From a virus, in IMG/VR virus record IMGVR_UViG_3300040801_001812, positions 509-64,508 of that record: DNA of 64,000 bases. One strand, given 5' to 3'. Below, piece by piece: positions 1-9,041 of this stretch (position 1 is the stretch's first letter; each line of letters starts with the position of its first letter). A program made the position numbers and the translations under genes. The notes beneath the pieces are model-generated. The model was not told the origin of the DNA. It ran no database searches and saw only the letters and a list, made by a program, of their open reading frames with translations.

Positions 1-23
1 GGCTTCAATCTGCTCATCCAGAC

Positions 24-380
24 TTACACGGCTTCGAGAGCCTCCACACGCGGGTGATAGAGGTGCGGCTTGCGCCCCTCACCCTGATCGACCTCAACGA
101 GGTAGTGGATACCATCGCGCCATGTCGGATCGAAACGGAGGCGGTACTTGTTCTTGAGCAGGTGGAAATGGCTGTTGCAGCGAGCCATGTCACGCGCCTT
201 GGACACGGTCATATCAGGATCGGTCTCACGGAGGATGTTGATCATGCTCTTCTGAGACAGCTCGATCCACTCGTTCCGACACACAGCGACGATAACGCCC
301 TGCTTCTCGACCTCATACCCGTTCGCCTGGGACGTCCACCGAACAGTCTGCCCCTCCTTGAATTGTGCCTTTGCTGCCAT
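24..380 (-). CDS. hypothetical phage protein
   Basis: ORF track 24..449; start trimmed to ATG at 380 (MAAKAQ) preceded by purine-rich RBS. Confidence 0.6.
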   Translation of the reverse strand: MAAKAQFKEGQTVRWTSQANGYEVEKQGVIVAVCRNEWIELSQKSMINILRETDPDMTVSKARDMARCNSHFHLLKNKYRLRFDPTWRDGIHYLVEVDQGEGRKPHLYHPRVEALEAV

Positions 381-384
381 TACG

Positions 385-855
385 CTACCCCTTTCTTCTA
401 GGTGTGTAATACCGGTTGAATTTGCCGTCGTCCACGAGCCACACCTCACCTAGCGGACTACGGACTACCCAGTCTCCGTCATTCATGTACCGCTTGCCAC
501 CCCAATGGGTCTCAAGCAAGTACCTCTCTCCTACTTTCTTGATCTGGGCAACACAATCGCACATCGTGTGATCCCACTTGAACGCGCACACGGCGGTTGG
601 CTTGTGAACCCACTCCTCCCAGGGAGGTTCCCCAACAAATATGACAGCCACCTTGTCCTCCGATTCCTTCTCCTCCGGGAGCGCCTGCGCTATCTCCGAA
701 GCCAATTGGATCAACAGTTCATCCGAGACACCATGGTTATCTTTTTGATGCTCATGGAGGTGAACCATCAGGTCACCTTTGTCGTCGAACACCATATCGC
801 TCTTGGTACCATCCGGTGCTTCATTGTAGCAACACCGATGGCAGACCCAAATCAC
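385..855 (-). CDS. phage protein with C-terminal GDW(V/I)...GE...F..YY motif
   Basis: DGDWVVRSPLGEVWLVDDGKFNRYY resembles a common small phage domain; GTG start at 855 after GAAGG. Confidence 0.55.
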   Translation of the reverse strand: MIWVCHRCCYNEAPDGTKSDMVFDDKGDLMVHLHEHQKDNHGVSDELLIQLASEIAQALPEEKESEDKVAVIFVGEPPWEEWVHKPTAVCAFKWDHTMCDCVAQIKKVGERYLLETHWGGKRYMNDGDWVVRSPLGEVWLVDDGKFNRYYTPRRKG

Positions 856-942
856 ACCATCGCCTTCACCACGCCTCTTCTTGAAGGTGGTGTAGACGTA
901 AAGGAACGGAGTCGATACGAGGTAGTTACACATCTCGGTTAC

Positions 943-971
943 ACCCTACTCAAAAACGCCGACACTGTCAA
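943..971 (-). promoter_or_regulatory. sigma70-type promoter
   Basis: minus strand TTGACA-N17-TAGGGT, intergenic. Confidence 0.7.
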
Positions 972-1399
972 CCCTTTATCTCCTTATACTTCGCCTTGGC
1001 GAAGAGCGCTCTCCTCTTCCACATATCACGCTCTGCTCTTAAACGGGAAACCAACTCCCGCCTAGTCTCTTCCCTCTTGGGGGTAGGCCACCCAGGACGT
1101 TTATCTTTCCAATCATCCTTGGGAACGGCTTTGTGGATGTGTGCCGCACGACCAGAGCGCGTGGGCCGAGTATCCTTTGTACGAACAATTCGACCAAGAC
1201 GCACAAGCTCTGTTACCCGCGTCGTACAACTATTAGGGATACCTAGATGGACATTGATCTCATCAGAGGTTGCCCCGTAGTCCCCCTGGGATGCAATGAA
1301 GCGCCACACACGCTGCCGAAGATTCTTCGCAGGAGCTACCATGCTCTTAGCCGCAGCCTTACTGGTAACAGAACCCGGAGTGTACGGAAGCGTAGACAT
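968..1399 (-). CDS. winged-helix DNA-binding protein
   Basis: RVWRFIASQGDYGATSDEINVHLGIPNSCTTRVTELVRLGRIVRTKDTRPTRSGRAA is a typical phage wHTH pattern; start MSTLPY at 1399. Confidence 0.65.
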   Translation of the reverse strand: MSTLPYTPGSVTSKAAAKSMVAPAKNLRQRVWRFIASQGDYGATSDEINVHLGIPNSCTTRVTELVRLGRIVRTKDTRPTRSGRAAHIHKAVPKDDWKDKRPGWPTPKREETRRELVSRLRAERDMWKRRALFAKAKYKEIKG

Positions 1400-1401
1400 C
1401 G

Positions 1402-1575
1402 TCAACCCTTCCTCACACGGTAGCCCTGCTTCTCCCACCAGACCCAAGGCTTCTCCTCTCCAGTCATGCCCTTCTGACGTTTCATAAAGCACTCCTGTGC
1501 TTCAGTCTTCGACTTCCCCCTGGTAGCGGGGACTTCCTCGTTCGAGGACGGCTCAGAGACGAACCATTTCTTCAC
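1402..1575 (-). CDS. small hypothetical protein
   Basis: GTG start overlapping upstream TGA (GTGA coupling). Confidence 0.4.
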   Translation of the reverse strand: MKKWFVSEPSSNEEVPATRGKSKTEAQECFMKRQKGMTGEEKPWVWWEKQGYRVRKG

Positions 1576-1787
1576 GAGACCTGCTCCTCGTCCAGCTTGT
1601 GATCGCCACACCAGTCATTTACATACACCACAGGGAACCCGCTCATGGTTGGCGCGTGCCTACGGCAGCGACCCACGATTGACGCCTCTTTCCCATCCTG
1701 CAACTTCACTATCTTTGGTACAAACCACATGCAGGTGTTACAGCGCATCCCGGCTGAACGATGTTTCCACGGATCTTTGTCAGTCAT
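1572..1787 (-). CDS. small Cys-rich protein (CxxC...GxCRxxxP...WCG family)
   Basis: RCNTCMWF...GRCRRHAP...FPVVYVNDWCGDH; start MTDKDP at 1787. Confidence 0.6.
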   Translation of the reverse strand: MTDKDPWKHRSAGMRCNTCMWFVPKIVKLQDGKEASIVGRCRRHAPTMSGFPVVYVNDWCGDHKLDEEQVS

Positions 1788-2069
1788 CTGATCTGTCCTT
1801 TTCTTCTTTTCCCTTGCCATTTTCGTCTTCAAGTAGACTACATCTTCGTCAACCACACTAGGTTCCTTGAGACCGACCATCTTTAGAAAACAGGGCCATG
1901 CTACGCTACTCATCGCCATTTTGACTTACGACCCTTCTTAGCCTTACGGGCCTTTAATGCCCTTGCTATCAGCCATTTCCTATACTCGAATTGGTCAATA
2001 AAGACGACCATCCCAAACCGCATCGTCGGATGCCGTAACAAAAACAGTTCCGGTATAGAGAGTACTGGC

Positions 2070-2492
2070 TTAGCATTCTTGGACTCGGTCACCTTTCACC
2101 TTCGACCCAATCACACCAATACTAAAGCTGTCGAGATCCCACCCAAGGTTGATCCAAAGCTGAAGGGCCTTGCGTAGTGCATACGCACGAAGAAGAGCAG
2201 TATGGCCCTGCACAGAAGGCACGAGAACGGTATCCCCGGCGTACCGAGAGCGGTCTACGATACTATCCGCAGCCTTTCGGCCCAGCGCCTTCTCAAAGCG
2301 ATCAGAGAACGAGCAAATAGCAATCGCCATAAGGGGCGAATTCTCGTGGGACACACGAATAGTGAACCCCCCGTTATGGATGTTCTTCTTGGCCTTCTCC
2401 CGCAGAGTAGCGGCCTGGGACCAACAAGAGAAGGTTAAGGGGCCGGTCAGGGCGGGTCCGTGAACATGGACGTAACGTACTTTGTTGCTCAT
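2070..2492 (-). CDS. hypothetical phage protein (A.CS..D.F....G...A motif)
   Basis: ORF track; AICSFSDRFEKALGRKAA motif seen in small phage proteins. Confidence 0.5.
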   Translation of the reverse strand: MSNKVRYVHVHGPALTGPLTFSCWSQAATLREKAKKNIHNGGFTIRVSHENSPLMAIAICSFSDRFEKALGRKAADSIVDRSRYAGDTVLVPSVQGHTALLRAYALRKALQLWINLGWDLDSFSIGVIGSKVKGDRVQEC

Positions 2493-2761
2493 CTGTCTCT
2501 CGCTCCCTTTCTGATTTGATCCATCGCGCCTTCATAGCCATGGCTCTTCCCATAGCGGTACTGGCGCATGAGCACGGCCTTTAAGCGGCGCATCTGTTGT
2601 ACTGGGTGACCGCTCCCACCAGCGAGGATGAAGTGGTACGTCCGCTCTAGGTCAAGTGAGAGATCGGGGTTGAGCTTGTCCAGCTTGTCCCCGAAGTCTT
2701 CACGCTCGGGCCACGAGGTGACCTTGAGTCGCTCTCCTTGGCCAAGATCGCCAGAACTCAT
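2489..2761 (-). CDS. hypothetical protein
   Basis: ORF track; 4-bp overlaps with neighbours. Confidence 0.5.
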   Translation of the reverse strand: MSSGDLGQGERLKVTSWPEREDFGDKLDKLNPDLSLDLERTYHFILAGGSGHPVQQMRRLKAVLMRQYRYGKSHGYEGAMDQIRKGARDR

Positions 2762-2961
2762 ACCCGCTCATCCCCAACTAGACATACGGCGTTGTAGTGG
2801 CGAAGGTACGACGGAGACTCGTCGTCTCCAACGAACGGGTTACCAACATCCTCCACCCGAGTGAGCTTGAAGTTGTGCGTGATGTTGGCGTCGGTGTGCA
2901 GGAGCACTTCCATCTGTCCATCATACCGATGCAGGATCTCGATCAACTCTTTAACGGTCAT
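2758..2961 (-). CDS. small phage protein (MTVKELIEIL..YD...EV family)
   Basis: start trimmed to ATG at 2961 after GGAGG. Confidence 0.55.
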   Translation of the reverse strand: MTVKELIEILHRYDGQMEVLLHTDANITHNFKLTRVEDVGNPFVGDDESPSYLRHYNAVCLVGDERV

Positions 2962-3004
2962 CTGTCCTCCAATTAAATTCCTCGATGTCGTCAGGGTTAT
3001 CATA

Positions 3005-3322
3005 TCACACGCGGTGGTTCCACGCACGACGAGCCATCTCCTGCGCCTTCTCGTGAGCCTCCCCCACGAACTTCCGGTACTCTCCCGTAGCAGGGGCGCT
3101 CGCATCTGCCTCGGCGTAGAGGGCATGAGGAACAAGAAGCCGTGCCCAATCCTCAACCTGCGCGTAGCAGTTCCGACACTGGCACACTGCCGTGACCTGA
3201 AGGGCCTTGGCCGTCTGATCGGCCTCCTCATCGGGGTAGATGTCGATGAACACTTCGCTCACCACGTGGACACCGATATGCTTAGACTCACCGCAAAACG
3301 GACAATGCCTCAACTCAACCAT
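3005..3322 (-). CDS. Lar-family restriction-alleviation-like zinc-binding protein
   Basis: LRHCPFCGES ... CQCRNCYA; start at 3322 after GGAGG. Confidence 0.55.
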   Translation of the reverse strand: MVELRHCPFCGESKHIGVHVVSEVFIDIYPDEEADQTAKALQVTAVCQCRNCYAQVEDWARLLVPHALYAEADASAPATGEYRKFVGEAHEKAQEMARRAWNHRV

Positions 3323-3490
3323 GTTACCTCCAGAGACGCACAAAAATGATGATCAGGATGATGAGCAACAGGACCGCTCCACACCCAGAGTCGATGAGAC
3401 CCACCACACCAATAAGCAGGAATATCCCGATAACAACAACGAAAACCTTGAACAACCAGCCGAGGATCTGCCCAATCTGCTCTAGCCAGT

Positions 3491-3718
3491 TCATAATACC
3501 TCCGTCAACTCAGAGTACTCCAACCGAGCAATCCCGAACTCCGGGTACTCCCGCTCCGGATCAACCCCTATAGTGAGCTTGACCTTGTCCCCCACCTTCA
3601 AATCTTTCGGGAAGCATCGAAATAGATAATCCATGCACACAGTGTCTATACGCACGTACCGTGAGCAATCAGACCGCTGGACATGCGTAACATGACTATT
3701 CCACGGTGTCTTATCCAC
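3491..3718 (-). CDS. hypothetical protein
   Basis: ORF track, overlaps upstream gene, RBS GAGG. Confidence 0.45.
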   Translation of the reverse strand: MDKTPWNSHVTHVQRSDCSRYVRIDTVCMDYLFRCFPKDLKVGDKVKLTIGVDPEREYPEFGIARLEYSELTEVL

Positions 3719-4094
3719 GGAGCCTCCTCGCTTTGATGGTGAAACGAGGCTTATCCTGCTTCATAGGGGAGGGTGCCTCAACGAGGTGGTACCTGCCGTC
3801 GTTGGGCGGCTCATCGAACCCATCGATGTACCGGCAGACGTGACCGACAACGCGCTTCGCACGCTCCAACTCGACCAAGACCATCTCCATGAAGTCCAAC
3901 TCCGAGTGCATCTCGAAGCGTCGTCCATAGATCCGGTCTTCGATCATGATACGCGCCTTGCCAATAGCGTCAAACGAGGCCATGACCTGCTGCTCGGCAG
4001 CACGCTTGTACGAACCATCCTTATTGCGGAAGTCCTTAATGACCGTTGGTTTCCCCTCGTGAAAAAACAGATCTTCAACCCGCATGTCATCCAT
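3711..4094 (-). CDS. hypothetical protein
   Basis: ORF track, packed between neighbours. Confidence 0.5.
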   Translation of the reverse strand: MDDMRVEDLFFHEGKPTVIKDFRNKDGSYKRAAEQQVMASFDAIGKARIMIEDRIYGRRFEMHSELDFMEMVLVELERAKRVVGHVCRYIDGFDEPPNDGRYHLVEAPSPMKQDKPRFTIKARRLRG

Positions 4095-4287
4095 TAAACA
4101 CCCCCCAGGCCATCAAAGCACCATACCCGAGGAACATAGCCCCCAACGCCCCAATGAAGCTATAGAGGATACTCAGGAGCAAAAACGAAGTGCCCCTGAT
4201 GAACCGCTCCTGTAGGTCCAGCTCTCTGTCGAACGAACTCCGGAACAGATAAAGCATGTAGTCTAGTGTTTCCTCAATCCACGGCAT
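4087..4287 (-). CDS. small membrane protein
   Basis: MPWIEE...; C-terminal hydrophobic segment FLLLSILYSFIGALGAMFLGYGALMAWGVF. Confidence 0.5.
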   Translation of the reverse strand: MPWIEETLDYMLYLFRSSFDRELDLQERFIRGTSFLLLSILYSFIGALGAMFLGYGALMAWGVFNG

Positions 4288-4582
4288 GTTCACTCCTCGG
4301 GACCATGTCGTCGTCCCCAACGATCTCCTCAATCAGGCGTGAGTACGTATGTGCAGGAACCGTGTGGCCAGCAGCCTCGTGCTCATGGAGATGACGTATC
4401 ACCTCAGCAATGGTGTCGAAGGACTGGTCCCTGTGGATGGAGAAGTTACCCTCCACGGCACCTGTCTTCACGTTGACGCGTTCCAAGGGGGCCAGCCTAC
4501 ATGCACAGCAGTGGAATCTATCGTCCAGCCCAGCATAAACGTACACGTCACTATCAGAACCGAATCGACAATAAGCCATCAC
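4274..4582 (-). CDS. conserved phage protein (YCRF..SDVYVY...CC.C motif)
   Basis: MAYCRFGSDSDVYVYAGLDDRFHCCACRL. Confidence 0.55.
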   Translation of the reverse strand: MMAYCRFGSDSDVYVYAGLDDRFHCCACRLAPLERVNVKTGAVEGNFSIHRDQSFDTIAEVIRHLHEHEAAGHTVPAHTYSRLIEEIVGDDDMVPRSEHAVD

Positions 4583-4905
4583 TTCTTCCCCGATCTCTTA
4601 GCCTTCTCGTAAGTCGCAATAGCCGCCCACGCCTCTTTTCCACCTGAAGTACTTGGGTGGGCACTGTGGAGAATCACATCATCCTTGTTAAGTGGACTAG
4701 GAGGTGGCTCCGGTAGCTCATCAGGATCCGTGATCAGCTCGTAACTGTTGTCCTCCAGGGCGGGGCCACCAATGCGGGTATAGGCATTACCACCATCCAC
4801 GAAGACGTTATGGCACAGGCACCACACGAAGTCGTGCCTGTGACGCGAGATAATGATCGACCCACACTTCTTGCAGCGGGCAGCGTTGACCTTAAGCTCA
4901 CTCAT
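4579..4905 (-). CDS. zinc-binding phage protein (NAA.CKKCG.II.S..RHDF..C.C..V.VDGG family)
   Basis: NAARCKKCGSIIISRHRHDFVWCLCHNVFVDGGNAY. Confidence 0.65.
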   Translation of the reverse strand: MSELKVNAARCKKCGSIIISRHRHDFVWCLCHNVFVDGGNAYTRIGGPALEDNSYELITDPDELPEPPPSPLNKDDVILHSAHPSTSGGKEAWAAIATYEKAKRSGKK

Positions 4906-5462
4906 AAGTCCTCCCTACCGAGAAACCACTCAACAACAGTTAACCCCACATCATCCAGGGCAACAAGACGCTCCAACAGCTCGGATACCAGTTGCATCTC
5001 GTGGTTACGGTAGAGTGAGTCCACGTAGACACGAGTTTCACCACGGTAGTTGTGGGCCATGTCTCGTTCATGCTGTTCTGCTCCCTTGCGGGTGAAGAAC
5101 GCCTGCCTTGTCACCCACTTGTCGATGTAGAAGACCTTCTCCCACTGGTCCCAAACGATGGGGTCACCTTCTCCGTCATCCCAGTACTCTGGGTCCGAGT
5201 CGATCTCTGCCTGCTCCCCATAGCAATGGTCGTGGTCCAGCTCTTCGAGCTTGTCTACCAGATCACCATCCGCGATCCAGTTGTCGCACTCCGCGTTCAT
5301 CCACACATAATTGTCATCCCCGTACTCGGGGTCCATACCCAAGATCCTCTCGCGCTCCTGCACGAGGAAGATGGGGTGGGCCGTACAGGCGTTGTCCTGA
5401 GTTGCGATAGACGCGAAGTGCTCCGCGATCTCCGCGAGCGGTGTTGGTACTTGATCAGACAT
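4902..5462 (-). CDS. phage protein, Ead/Eaa-type (DN..TA.PIF.VQ motif)
   Basis: QDNACTAHPIFLVQERERILGMDPEY...FFTRKGAEQH...VYVDSLYRNHEM. Confidence 0.55.
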   Translation of the reverse strand: MSDQVPTPLAEIAEHFASIATQDNACTAHPIFLVQERERILGMDPEYGDDNYVWMNAECDNWIADGDLVDKLEELDHDHCYGEQAEIDSDPEYWDDGEGDPIVWDQWEKVFYIDKWVTRQAFFTRKGAEQHERDMAHNYRGETRVYVDSLYRNHEMQLVSELLERLVALDDVGLTVVEWFLGREDL

Positions 5463-5476
5463 CTCACCTCCAAATG

Positions 5477-5502
5477 AAAAAAGCCAGTGTTATCCACTGG
5501 CT
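5477..5502 (-). terminator. rho-independent terminator
   Basis: minus strand AGCCAGTG-GATAA-CACTGGCT followed by a T-run. Confidence 0.6.
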
Positions 5503-5503
5503 G

Positions 5504-5532
5504 ATAGTATCACAGGTTTCGACGGTCTGCAA
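5504..5532 (-). promoter_or_regulatory. sigma70-type promoter with extended -10
   Basis: minus strand TTGCAG-N17-TACTAT with TGn before the -10. Confidence 0.6.
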
Positions 5533-5967
5533 CTAGACGAACTCGTGCCGCTCAGGGAGATCGGTAGGATCCGGTTCTTCCTCTTCCTGCTCTTCGCAGC
5601 ACACGTCGCACGTACAGACCTTCTCCGGAAGCTCCAGTTCCTCGCCCCACGCAGCAAGGGCATCGGTTACCAACTTCTCATCCGCCTCACGACGACGGCT
5701 ATCAAGCTCCATATACCGAAACCCGTGATCAGCTAGAGTCGCTATCCGCTTGATGTTGTCGATGTTCTTGTCGATGAGGCTGATCTGGCTTTCCCACAGC
5801 TTGATGCGCGTTCTCTGCGCGTCCTGCGCCATCCTGATGAAAATAGAAAGACGGTCGTTGAAGTACCGAACACCTATCGACAGGAACAGACACCAGAACA
5901 CCACCACCACGATCATAAATAGAACGAGCACACTCGCCAGGATACCTGCCATCACTTGGGGGTCCAC
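5533..5967 (-). CDS. membrane-anchored protein with acidic Cys-containing tail
   Basis: N-terminal TM helix ILASVLVLFMIVVVVFWCLFLSIGV; CTCDVCCEEQEEEE. Confidence 0.55.
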   Translation of the reverse strand: MDPQVMAGILASVLVLFMIVVVVFWCLFLSIGVRYFNDRLSIFIRMAQDAQRTRIKLWESQISLIDKNIDNIKRIATLADHGFRYMELDSRRREADEKLVTDALAAWGEELELPEKVCTCDVCCEEQEEEEPDPTDLPERHEFV

Positions 5968-5968
5968 A

Positions 5969-6205
5969 CTACACCTCCTTCATCGCCTTCTCGGCACGAC
6001 GAGCACTCACCCAATCCATCTCGTACTCGCCGTAGATGCCAACCTGCGCCAGTCCACATCGCTGACACGTACGGCGCAGGATAGGGATACTAGTCCCAGC
6101 GTAATTCCGATCATAGTCCTTGTACTCGAACCAGTCATGACCGTCCTTGTGGAACCAACAGGCTAACCTGCGCCCCACTCTACGGAGCCACATCCGAACT
6201 CTCAC
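5969..6205 (-). CDS. small Cys/His protein
   Basis: CWFHKDGHDW...RRTCQRCG. Confidence 0.5.
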   Translation of the reverse strand: MRVRMWLRRVGRRLACWFHKDGHDWFEYKDYDRNYAGTSIPILRRTCQRCGLAQVGIYGEYEMDWVSARRAEKAMKEV

Positions 6206-6411
6206 ACGATCTCCTCGTCCAGCTCAGACATAGCTCGGTCCAACTCGTGTACTGCGTCTTCGAGGTCCACGTAGGCTTCCTCACACGTCTCTGAGACTCC
6301 CTCGCCCTTGCTCTGGAGCAGACCGACCACACGCTCTTCCGCGTCAACGATCTTCTCTTTCGCCGTGTTGATAGCGGTGGTGATACGCACGATCTTCGGT
6401 GCACCAATCAT
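6202..6411 (-). CDS. small helical protein
   Basis: ORF track; ATGA-type overlaps. Confidence 0.5.
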   Translation of the reverse strand: MIGAPKIVRITTAINTAKEKIVDAEERVVGLLQSKGEGVSETCEEAYVDLEDAVHELDRAMSELDEEIV

Positions 6412-6794
6412 CAGAAGTCCCCTTCCACCTTCATAGGCTCATGATCTGGAGAGGCCCAATTACCCTCCTCCACACTGACCTGAGGCTCATTGGTGGGGAT
6501 GCTTGGGTCGAGCATCGTCCTAGTGATCTCCTCGAAATAGAAACCCCCCTCAGGCTCGTCTGCGTCACCGTACGGCTCGATCCAGTTGACCTGCGCACCC
6601 TCGATGAAGGTGTAGTCCCACCCGTCTCTTGGGGTTCCGATACGCATCACAACGCCTGTGGGCGTATTGAGGAACTCGTGGTGGACCTCAATCCCGGAGT
6701 CCGGGTCTCGGGCTAGCACGCCATCCCACGCAACAGCAGGGTACTTCGCTCGCATCACACGCACCTGTTTTTCTGTCATCTCTCCCATGATCAT
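6411..6794 (-). CDS. hypothetical protein
   Basis: start at 6794 after GGAGG. Confidence 0.5.
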   Translation of the reverse strand: MIMGEMTEKQVRVMRAKYPAVAWDGVLARDPDSGIEVHHEFLNTPTGVVMRIGTPRDGWDYTFIEGAQVNWIEPYGDADEPEGGFYFEEITRTMLDPSIPTNEPQVSVEEGNWASPDHEPMKVEGDF

Positions 6795-7009
6795 TCCTCC
6801 GATTCTGCTATAAATTTTTCGAACCGCATACACGCCTCCGGGCACGGCACCAGGAGACCGCCCTCATCGACGTTAACCCCCCGGATAACGTCCAAGAACG
6901 CGTCGATGGTGAACCTCGGTTCTTTAGACGGGTGGCCACCGTATACCACCACGCAGTCATCATAGTTCTTGAACTGAAGACGCTCGTTGTACTTGACCTC
7001 TTTAGGCAT
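6791..7009 (-). CDS. hypothetical protein
   Basis: start MPKEVK at 7009 after GAGG. Confidence 0.45.
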   Translation of the reverse strand: MPKEVKYNERLQFKNYDDCVVVYGGHPSKEPRFTIDAFLDVIRGVNVDEGGLLVPCPEACMRFEKFIAESEE

Positions 7010-7583
7010 CCTCGCCCCCTTTCGGTTCATGGACACACTTGATACACCTAACGACCTCTTCGACGAAACCATCCCAATTATGCGCCCACCCCAGCTCTCC
7101 TCCCCAGAGGGCATCGCTGATGGAGCACAGCCCATCTTGGATCTTACCCATGTCAGGCTCCATTGACCCTCCCCGGATCCTCTCTAACCGGGCGAGTACC
7201 TCTTCAGGGGTCATACGAATCAACTCCGTGTCGATGTCCTTACCCATCGGGATATCCTCAATGGTCATGTCCAGGCCACGGCGCTTATGCTTCACCACCC
7301 CGCGCTCGTCAGGCTCACCCCACTCGCGCTTCTTGTTGATGATGAGCTTGGCCTTCACACCTGTCAGGATCTCGTCCATGGTGAACCCCGCAAGACGCGA
7401 TGCACCCATGAACAGCATCATAATATCGGCCCATTCGAGCAGATCACCTGGGGCCTTACGGGCTTCCTCAATCTCGTCCACCATATGGTGGAGCTTCGAG
7501 CCCACCGAACCGTGGATAAACGTGACATCCTGCCACGCACCCACCTCTTCCTGCACACGGGTGTACTTACTCTTCGACATCAC
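7002..7583 (-). CDS. DUF550-family dATP/dGTP pyrophosphohydrolase-like protein with C-terminal extension
   Basis: KLHHMVDEIEEARKAPGDLLEWADIMMLFMGASRLAGFTMDEILTGVKAKLIINKKREWGEPDERGVVKH matches the MazG-like DUF550 pattern. Confidence 0.75.
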   Translation of the reverse strand: MMSKSKYTRVQEEVGAWQDVTFIHGSVGSKLHHMVDEIEEARKAPGDLLEWADIMMLFMGASRLAGFTMDEILTGVKAKLIINKKREWGEPDERGVVKHKRRGLDMTIEDIPMGKDIDTELIRMTPEEVLARLERIRGGSMEPDMGKIQDGLCSISDALWGGELGWAHNWDGFVEEVVRCIKCVHEPKGGEDA

Positions 7584-7906
7584 TTATCCCCCCGGTTACA
7601 GAACTCCTGGTAGGCGTTATCGGCCTCCATCTTCGAGTCATAGAAGGAGAAGTCCTCCACCATGTGCACCAAAGGGACTACGTTCATGTGCTTGGGGTAT
7701 GACGCTTTCATACCCTTGTTATCGAAGTTGTAGTACTCCACCAGATAGATGTCAGGAAGGAGCTGGCGAACAACCTGCCCTATGACGATAGGCGTTCGAG
7801 GGAGTTGCGTCTTCTCGATAGACGTCCACTTGATGAACCACACCCCCGTAAGGGTCTTAGGATCCTCGTGCTCAACCACGTCGTACTTCGGCTCTTTAGC
7901 TAGCAT
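7580..7906 (-). CDS. hypothetical protein
   Basis: start MLAKEP at 7906. Confidence 0.5.
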   Translation of the reverse strand: MLAKEPKYDVVEHEDPKTLTGVWFIKWTSIEKTQLPRTPIVIGQVVRQLLPDIYLVEYYNFDNKGMKASYPKHMNVVPLVHMVEDFSFYDSKMEADNAYQEFCNRGDK

Positions 7907-8118
7907 CACCAATCCCCGTCGAACTCGCCACACCAGTTGTCCTCATGAACAAGTGGCCCCTGGTCGGGCAACATGTGGTAGTTATCAGGTGCCGGGAGAG
8001 GGGGGAACCGCTGACAGATCCCCTTATCAGCAAGCCCCACGTCACCAAAGAACCAACACTCACCACACCGCTCATCGCCCCGGTCGCGTTTTGCGAACTT
8101 AGACTCGCTCATCGTCAT
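7906..8118 (-). CDS. small Cys-rich protein, paralog of 1572..1787
   Basis: RCGECWFF...GICQRFPP...GPLVHEDNWCGEF. Confidence 0.6.
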   Translation of the reverse strand: MTMSESKFAKRDRGDERCGECWFFGDVGLADKGICQRFPPLPAPDNYHMLPDQGPLVHEDNWCGEFDGDW

Positions 8119-8320
8119 CTCCTCCCAGGTCTAGTACTGCCGGGTTTCCTGTAGGCGTCCACCCACCTCCCTTGAACACGACGCTCGTAGGATAGATCTT
8201 CTCGATAGGGTAGGAAGCGCCCACGCACCTCTTGCACATCACGAACTCAGGCATGGCAGAGGTGGGACGCCACTCGTCCTGCACGTGACCACACAGAGCG
8301 CACTTGTATTCCTTAATCAT
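8099..8320 (-). CDS. FmdB-family zinc-ribbon protein
   Basis: MIKEYKCALCGH...CKRC...KIYPTSVVFKGGGW. Confidence 0.7.
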   Translation of the reverse strand: MIKEYKCALCGHVQDEWRPTSAMPEFVMCKRCVGASYPIEKIYPTSVVFKGGGWTPTGNPAVLDLGGDDDERV

Positions 8321-8580
8321 CCCCAAGAATCCTGTCCAGCTTGAATAAGCCCTGCAAGAAATTCTTCGTAAGATGTCGATGGAACGGCTCGCACCGTGCT
8401 CCAAGAACGTTAGGGGCCACGATGCCTTGTGGGTCGTCCGGGTCGTCATACTTGAAGAAGCACTTGGGCGTCCCACAAACACGATGGTAATGACGGCAAT
8501 CAGTGTGGCACTGAACACTGTCATCACCTACGGCCTCGGGCTGGATGGGGATCCCATCGGCGTATACCGAAATGACCTGC

Positions 8581-8769
8581 CTACGCTTCATGTCGCCGAT
8601 CCCCCAACGCATCCCTGACCTTATCCTCGATCAAGGTGATCATGTTGGCCCGCTCCTGCTCCTCTTCCTGGGTAAGCAGATGACCGACCTGATTCATCTC
8701 CCGCCACAGAGACGGAAGGACGGCGTGCATGAGCTTCGCCCACTCCTTACACTGTGCACAGTCGCTCAT
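8581..8769 (-). CDS. small hypothetical protein
   Basis: ORF track, coupled overlaps. Confidence 0.45.
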   Translation of the reverse strand: MSDCAQCKEWAKLMHAVLPSLWREMNQVGHLLTQEEEQERANMITLIEDKVRDALGDRRHEA

Positions 8770-9041
8770 TGACTAATCTCCCACATGTGCCGCTTCAAGC
8801 GTTCGAACCCCCGCTCTTCGGACTCCCGAGAAAACCCAGTATACTCACAGCGATCCACCCACACCCGGTGCACATCCCCGGTCTCTGAGTTGACAGCCAT
8901 GTTGATCACCCACCCGAAGAGGTGGAGCATACGGTTCACCCACCACAGTAGACCAGCCTCCTGAAACGCCTTCCACTTAGCTGCATCCTCAGCAGCCATG
9001 GGGATCTCGGGGAGCTGGTCCTGGTTGAAGACCACCATCAT
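8766..9041 (-). CDS. conserved phage protein (GLLW..N..LH.FGW motif)
   Basis: FQEAGLLWWVNRMLHLFGWVI. Confidence 0.55.
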   Translation of the reverse strand: MMVVFNQDQLPEIPMAAEDAAKWKAFQEAGLLWWVNRMLHLFGWVINMAVNSETGDVHRVWVDRCEYTGFSRESEERGFERLKRHMWEISQ

